In this document: positions 59,018 through 64,000 of the stretch, one piece after another
Numbering within the stretch: position 1 is the stretch's first letter
Layout of the letters: every line of letters starts with the position of its first letter
Origin: an uncultured Actinomycetota bacterium
GTDB taxonomy: Bacteria > Actinomycetota > Acidimicrobiia > Acidimicrobiales > Bog-793
Direction: 5' to 3'
Assembly (NCBI GenBank): GCA_963747085.1
Contig: CAVVDX010000001.1
Location: forward strand, 1,804,272 to 1,868,271
DNA length: 64,000 nucleotides
Made by a program: the position numbers and the translations under genes
Notes under the pieces: model-generated
Databases searched by the model: none
What the model saw: the letters and a program-made list of their open reading frames with translations, nothing else
Told to the model about the DNA's origin: nothing

Positions 59018-59152
59018 GGGCGGCCAGAACCGCCCCGGGTGAGGCGCGGACGACAGCGACCGACCCAACCTCGACGATGCCGCCGACAACAAGGCGGTAC
59101 CGGCGGCCACGGCACTACCATGCTGGAGCGTGCCTGCGGACCTGCTCGCGAC

Positions 59153-60406
59153 ATGACGGCATCGATCCAGCTGTCCGCCATCGCCCTCGTTGCCTGCGTT
59201 GCGGTCGTCGTCGTCCTGGTGGCGGCGGTCGCGATCGCGGCCGACCGGCGCGGGCAGCGGTCGGTGCGGCAGCGCCTGCTCGCCCTCGGCAGTCGGCTCG
59301 GTGCCGAGCACCTGGAGCGAGAGCCGGCGAGCGTCGAGGAGGCCCTCGAGTACGTCGAGCGTGCGACCGACCAAGCAGCCGAGACGGTCACCGAGTCCAG
59401 CGCCGACGCGATCCGCCTGCGGCGCGCCCTCGACACGCTCCCCCAGGCCGTCGTCGTCTGCGACGAGCACGGTGGCGCCGTGTTCCGCAACGCCCGGGCG
59501 ATCGTGCTCATGGGCAACCGCCACAGCGACGCGCTCGCCGCCCAGGCGGTGGACGAGCTCCTCGCGGCGACGAAGCCCGGATCCTCCGAGGAGCGCACGC
59601 TCGAGCTGTACGGGCCACCGCGGCGGACGCTGGTCGTGCGCACCCAGAGCATCGACAACGGCCAGCGCGCCCTCGGGGTGATCGCCGTGATCGACGACGT
59701 GTCGGAACGCCGGCGGCTCGAGGAGGTGCGCCGCGACTTCGTCGCCAACGTCAGCCACGAGCTGAAGACGCCGATGGGCGCGATCGGGCTGCTCGCCGAG
59801 ACGCTGCTCGAGGAGACCGAGCCCGAGGTCGAGCGCCGGCTCGCCCAGCGCATCCACACCGAGGCGTTCCGCATCAGCCGGATCATCGACGACCTGCTCG
59901 ACCTGTCGCGCATCGAGAGCGAGGAGTCTCCGCCGCGCGAGCCCGTGCTCGTCAACCTCGTCATCGCCGAGGCGGCTGAGCGCGTGCGGGCGGCTGCCGA
60001 GCAGCACTCGGTCGAGCTCGAGGTGGACGAGCCGTCGCCGCCGGTCGCCGTGCTCGGCGACCGGCGCCAGCTCACCTCCGCCGTCTACAACCTGCTGGAG
60101 AACGCCGTGAAGTTCTCCTACGAGGGAGGCCGTGTGCACTGCATGGGCATCACGAAGGACGACGAAGTGATCATCTCGGTGAGCGACCACGGCATCGGGA
60201 TCCCGACGAGGGACCTCGAACGGATCTTCGAACGCTTCTACCGGGTCGACCACGGGCGCAGCCGCCAGACGGGGGGCACGGGACTCGGCCTGGCGATCGT
60301 CCGTCACGTTGCGCAGAACCACCACGGCAGCGTGCACGTCGAGTCGCGCGAGGGCGAGGGGGCGACCTTCACCCTTCGCCTGCCGCTGCACGGACGAGCG
60401 GAATGA
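59153..60406 (+). CDS. senX3: Sensor histidine kinase (SenX3-like)
   Basis: N-terminal TM: IQLSAIALVACVAVVVVLVAAVAIAA. A PAS-like region follows. H-box: FVANVSHELKTPMGAI. N-box: LLENAVKFS. G-boxes: DHGIGIP and GGTGLGLAIVRHV. The ATG at 59120 is an alternative start. Confidence 0.8.
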   Translation: MTASIQLSAIALVACVAVVVVLVAAVAIAADRRGQRSVRQRLLALGSRLGAEHLEREPASVEEALEYVERATDQAAETVTESSADAIRLRRALDTLPQAVVVCDEHGGAVFRNARAIVLMGNRHSDALAAQAVDELLAATKPGSSEERTLELYGPPRRTLVVRTQSIDNGQRALGVIAVIDDVSERRRLEEVRRDFVANVSHELKTPMGAIGLLAETLLEETEPEVERRLAQRIHTEAFRISRIIDDLLDLSRIESEESPPREPVLVNLVIAEAAERVRAAAEQHSVELEVDEPSPPVAVLGDRRQLTSAVYNLLENAVKFSYEGGRVHCMGITKDDEVIISVSDHGIGIPTRDLERIFERFYRVDHGRSRQTGGTGLGLAIVRHVAQNHHGSVHVESREGEGATFTLRLPLHGRAE

Positions 60407-60467
60407 CGACTGCTGCGGGCTGGCACTTGTCCGCCGCCACGCCCTTGCCGGCACCGGGACGGCGGCA

Positions 60468-61358
60468 GTGAGCACGGCGGCGGATCCGGACGAGGTGGTG
60501 CGCAACGGCGAGGGCACCCATCGCCCGGCGCCGCGAGCGCGCACCCATCCGGCGCGCCCGACCGCGTCGTCGGACAGCTCGGAGCGTCTTGGCGGCGACC
60601 GGCGCATCGAGGTGCTGCTCGCCGAGGACGAGGAGTCCTTCGTCGACGCTCTCGTGATCAGCCTCGAGCGTGAGGGCTTCCATGTCACCGTGGCGCGCGA
60701 CGGCGCGGAGGCGATGGCTCGCTTCGAGGAGCGGACCCCCGACCTCGTGCTCCTCGACGTGATGCTGCCCCGGATGTCCGGCCTCGACGTCTGCCGGGCG
60801 ATCCGGGCCCGCTCGTCGGTCCCGATCATCATGGTCACGGCGAAGTCCACCGAGATCGACACCGTCGTCGGCCTGGAGATCGGGGCCGACGACTACGTCG
60901 CCAAGCCGTATCGCCTGCGGGAGCTGATCTCGCGCATGCGGGCGGTGTTGCGCCGTTCCCCCTCGGCCGGCGGCACGAGCGCCGAGGGCGACCCCCCGGG
61001 TAGTCGGCCCATCGCGGAGGCGGCCGACGACGCCGACGGCGAGGGCACGACCGCCCTCGAGGTCGGGGGCGTCCGCCTCGACCCCGAGCGCCACGAATGC
61101 GTCGTGCGAGGCGACGAGGTGCAGTTGCCGCTCAAGGAATTCGAGCTGCTCGAGCAGCTGCTCTCGAGCGCCGGACGCGTCGTCACACGGGACACCCTGA
61201 TCGATCGCGTGTGGGGCACCGACTACGTCGGCGACACGAAGACCCTGGACGTGCACATCAAGCGGCTGCGCTCGCGCATCGAGGTCGACCCATCCAACCC
61301 GCAGCTGATCACCACGATCCGCGGGCTCGGTTACCGCTTCGAGACGCCTCGTCGCTGA
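60468..61358 (+). CDS. regX3: OmpR-family response regulator (RegX3-like), start uncertain
   Basis: ..VLLAEDEESFVDAL..DLVLLDVMLPRMSGLDVCR..PIIMVTAKS..GADDYVAKPY.. is followed by the winged helix ..LPLKEFELLEQLL..VVTRDTLIDRVWG..TKTLDVHIKRLRSRIE..IRGLGYRF. An unusual ~25-aa insert sits between the two domains. Confidence 0.8.
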   Translation: MSTAADPDEVVRNGEGTHRPAPRARTHPARPTASSDSSERLGGDRRIEVLLAEDEESFVDALVISLEREGFHVTVARDGAEAMARFEERTPDLVLLDVMLPRMSGLDVCRAIRARSSVPIIMVTAKSTEIDTVVGLEIGADDYVAKPYRLRELISRMRAVLRRSPSAGGTSAEGDPPGSRPIAEAADDADGEGTTALEVGGVRLDPERHECVVRGDEVQLPLKEFELLEQLLSSAGRVVTRDTLIDRVWGTDYVGDTKTLDVHIKRLRSRIEVDPSNPQLITTIRGLGYRFETPRR

Positions 61359-61413
61359 CACCCGGCGCGACGGGGCTGGCCACCGCGAGGGGCCCGGCTG
61401 CCGCTCGCCGCGC

Positions 61414-62628
61414 TTGGCCGGCTTGGACTCTCGCATCGCCGGGCGAAACCCCCTCACCCGAACCGGGCGGCCCGACAACGGCAGGGAGCGTCGGCCCTAC
61501 GATGGCGTGCTGGTGACCACGACCGAGGCCATCGTGGCCGAGGGCCACCGGCCGGCCCTTCCCCGGGTCAGCCCGAGCCGCTTCCGCCGGCTCTCCCTCG
61601 CCGCTGCCCTCTGCTACGGCGCGCTCGTCGTCACGGGAGGCGCGGTGCGGCTGTCCGGCTCGGGCCTCGGCTGCGCCGACTGGCCGAATTGCTCAGCCGG
61701 TCGCCTCATCGCCCAGATGTCCTTCCACCCGCTCGTCGAGGACGTCAACCGGTTGATCAGCGTGGCCGTGACGGTCCTCACGATCGCCGTCTTCCTCGCC
61801 GCCCTCCGCCGCACCCCCTTCCGGCGTGACCTCACCGCCCTCTCGGGCGGCCTCGTCGCCGGCCTGCTCGGCCAGATCGTGCTCGGCGGCCTGGTCGTGC
61901 TGTTCAAGCTCAACCCCTACCTGGTCGCGCTGCACTTCCTGCTCACCCTGGCGATCGTCGCCGACGCGATCGTGCTCTACCACCTGGCCGGCGAAGCGCC
62001 CACGCCGCCCGAGCCGCGTGTCGACCGAACGCTCGTCTGGCTCGCCCGTCTCGTGCTCGCTGTCACATGCCTCGTCGTCACCGTCGGCACCGTCGTCACA
62101 GGCGCCGGCCCGCACGCCGGCGGACGCGGCGCGAAGCGGATCACGATCGCCTTCGAGAGCATCGCCCAGCTGCACTCCGACGTAGCGCTGTTCCTGATCG
62201 GGTTGACGCTCGCCACCGTGTTCGCCCTGCACCAGGCACAGGCGCCCCGGATCGTCCAGCGGCGGGCGCGCACGATGCTCGAGGTGATGGCCTTGCAGGG
62301 CGCCCTCGGTTACACGCAGTACTTCCTTCACGACGCGGCAGGCGTCATCGAGGTGCACCTGCTCGGGGCGACGTGTGTCTTCAGCGCGGTTGTCGCCTTC
62401 TACCTCTCGCTGTACCGGCACCCGGCGGTGGTGCCCACGGACGCCGTCACGGGGACCGACTTCGGCGGCGCCCTCGCCGCTGTCGCTCCCGACGCCGGGA
62501 GAGGAGCCGGCACGGGGGTCGGGATGGGAGATCGCGACGCCGAGGTCGTCGGCGCGACAGGCACGGCGCTCGCCGGGCGAAGCTCGTCCGTGACGGGCGA
62601 GGTCCCGTGGGAGCGGGCACTGCCGTGA
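61414..62628 (+). CDS. ctaA: Haem A synthase (COX15/CtaA family), start uncertain
   Basis: ..[101 protein letters not shown]. Confidence 0.8.
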   Translation: MAGLDSRIAGRNPLTRTGRPDNGRERRPYDGVLVTTTEAIVAEGHRPALPRVSPSRFRRLSLAAALCYGALVVTGGAVRLSGSGLGCADWPNCSAGRLIAQMSFHPLVEDVNRLISVAVTVLTIAVFLAALRRTPFRRDLTALSGGLVAGLLGQIVLGGLVVLFKLNPYLVALHFLLTLAIVADAIVLYHLAGEAPTPPEPRVDRTLVWLARLVLAVTCLVVTVGTVVTGAGPHAGGRGAKRITIAFESIAQLHSDVALFLIGLTLATVFALHQAQAPRIVQRRARTMLEVMALQGALGYTQYFLHDAAGVIEVHLLGATCVFSAVVAFYLSLYRHPAVVPTDAVTGTDFGGALAAVAPDAGRGAGTGVGMGDRDAEVVGATGTALAGRSSSVTGEVPWERALP

Positions 62629-63032
62629 CCGCGCCGTGCTGCCGGCTCGTCGCGCCCGCCGCGTCCCAGACCGACTCTCTCGCCTGGACTGCACCGCCGC
62701 CCGGCCGGGCGCGCGCCTCGCTCGCCCCGGGCGAGGTCGTGGCGCCCGAGCGTGTGCCCGGGTCAGAGCCGGGAACCGGCGAGCACGTCGTCCCCGACCG
62801 CCCGTGGCTCGTCATCGTCTGGAACGACCCGATCAACCTGATGAGCTACGTGACCTACGTCTTCCAGAAGCTGTTCGGCTATTCGAAGGAGAAGGCGACC
62901 AAGCTGATGCTCGACGTGCACCACAAGGGCCGCGCGGTGGTCGCGTCCGGACCGCGCGAGCGCGCCGAGCTCGACGTCGCCCGCCTGCACCGCCACGGTT
63001 TGTGGGCGACGATGGAGCAGACAGACTCGTGA
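62625..63032 (+). CDS. clpS: ATP-dependent Clp protease adaptor ClpS (start uncertain: GTG 62625 or 62739)
   Basis: ..[74 protein letters not shown]. Confidence 0.85.
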   Translation: MTAPCCRLVAPAASQTDSLAWTAPPPGRARASLAPGEVVAPERVPGSEPGTGEHVVPDRPWLVIVWNDPINLMSYVTYVFQKLFGYSKEKATKLMLDVHHKGRAVVASGPRERAELDVARLHRHGLWATMEQTDS

Positions 63033-63619
63033 CCCGCCGCCGGATCCGTGCCCTGCGCGATGGCGACTTCGAGGTCCGGCTGCCCGCAGCAGAGCGCGCG
63101 CTGCTCGCATCACTGCCGCGCCAGCTGGCGACAGCGCTCGACGAGCTCCCCGAGGAGGGCGAGATGCCCGAGGCGATGCGGCGCCTCTTCCCGCCCGCGT
63201 ACCTGCAGGACGAGAGCGCCGAGGCGAGCTACGACTCGCTGATGCGTCCCGAGCTCGCCGCCCACCACCGCGAGGCGCTCGAGACGCTGCTCGACACGGC
63301 GGACAAGAGCCGCCTCACGCCCGAGGAGATCGAGCGCTGGCTGGCCGCGCTGAACGATCTCCGGCTCGTCATCGGCAGCTCGCTCGGCGTGACCGAGGAC
63401 ACACCTGCGGTGCGGCCGGGCAGTCCGCGATTCAGCGAGTGGGCCCTCTACGGCTACCTCTCCTTCCTCGAGGGTGAGGTCGTCGACGCGCTGTTCGGGA
63501 CGCTGCCGCCGCCCGTCCCTCACGCCGGCGACGACCTCCCGGAGGATCCGTGGGGCGAGCCACTCGGCGATCTTCGCTGGGACGGCACCGAACGGCCGAA
63601 CGGCCCGACGGGCATCTGA
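63029..63619 (+). CDS. Conserved hypothetical protein downstream of clpS (DUF2017-like by recall)
   Basis: GTG 63029 overlaps the clpS stop (GTGA). Reads ..[73 protein letters not shown]. Confidence 0.55.
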   Translation: MTRRRIRALRDGDFEVRLPAAERALLASLPRQLATALDELPEEGEMPEAMRRLFPPAYLQDESAEASYDSLMRPELAAHHREALETLLDTADKSRLTPEEIERWLAALNDLRLVIGSSLGVTEDTPAVRPGSPRFSEWALYGYLSFLEGEVVDALFGTLPPPVPHAGDDLPEDPWGEPLGDLRWDGTERPNGPTGI

Positions 63620-63732
63620 CCCCGGCGGCAGGCGCTCGTCCACCGTGCCAGCGCCGCGGTTTGTCGTCCCCGCCGCGGCGTCGACTCGCGGGCGGACGCG
63701 ACCTTCCAGGTAGCCTGGTGCACCGCCGACGG

Positions 63733-63805
63733 GCCCCCATCGTCCAGCGGCCGAGGACGCCGCCCTTTCAAGGCGGAAACACGGGTTCGAATCCCGTTGG
63801 GGGTG
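63733..63805 (+). tRNA. tRNA-Glu (anticodon UUC)
   Basis: GCCCCCATCGTCCAGCGGCCGAGGACGCCGCCCTTTCAAGGCGGAAACACGGGTTCGAATCCCGTTGGGGGTG. The anticodon loop is CTTTCAA and the T-arm is ACGGG/TTCGAAT/CCCGT. Confidence 0.9.
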
Positions 63806-64000
63806 CGCCCAAGGTTCCTGCTCAGGAAGCTCTGACGGCTCCCCTCGCTGACGCCTCAACCGCTTCGATGTCCGCGCAATGTCCGCGGGACCTTGCTGTG
63901 CGACATGCTCTGCGTCGCTGATCGGGACGACCCGCCCCATCGCGAGAGTCCCAAGAGCTTCCGCAATCGCTCGGTCGCGGTCCTCCGTGGCGTGCTGGTA
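63806..64000 (-). CDS. int: C-terminal fragment of a second tyrosine integrase (5' part lies beyond the window; 3' end undefined)
   Basis: The minus strand from nt 64000 reads YQHATEDRDRAIAEALGTLAMGRVVPISDAEHVAQ.. The Y-x-H-A-x-x-x-R-D-R-x-I-A pattern is the typical tail after the catalytic Tyr of actinobacterial integrases. The frame runs into the tRNA-Glu sequence without a stop. Confidence 0.5.

Overview
This is high-G+C actinobacterial DNA in two parts.

**Accessory island (about 1-23.9 kb).** It ends at a tRNA-Ser(TGA) with an adjacent tyrosine integrase. It is packed with defence and mobility genes:
- a zinc-ribbon repeat protein, a Tat-signal glycine-rich protein, a GNAT and a serine recombinase;
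- a GHKL (MORC-like) ATPase with a C-terminal ExK nuclease-like motif, next to an HNH endonuclease;
- a cytosine-5 DNA methyltransferase overlapping a vsr mismatch endonuclease;
- directly downstream, a DISARM class-2-like operon: a roughly 800-aa domain-less gene, a DrmA helicase, a DrmB DUF1998 protein and a DrmC PLD nuclease;
- a degraded block with an ATP-dependent ligase, a visibly lower-G+C segment with a PRTase gene, and the integrase.

Nearly every island gene is broken by frame switches. The 3.1-kb drmA is the only long gene left intact.

**Core chromosome (about 24-64 kb).** Genes recognised: osmC, pheA, larBC, sqdB, qcrCAB, ctaE, hemE-hemH-hemY, lnt, tesB, ctaCDF, tatA, pstB-SCA/phoU, senX3-regX3, ctaA and clpS. 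It also holds an intact four-gene VirB2/VirB6/VirB3-4-like module with no relaxase or coupling protein in view, tRNA-Thr and tRNA-Glu. A second integrase fragment sits at the right edge.

**Caveats.** Several essential core genes (ctaD, hemH, pheA, pstS, qcrC, ctaE) also carry frame breaks, mostly at G/C homopolymers. Sequencing indels therefore cannot be separated from true decay using sequence alone. All family assignments rest on motifs read by eye. No searches were run.
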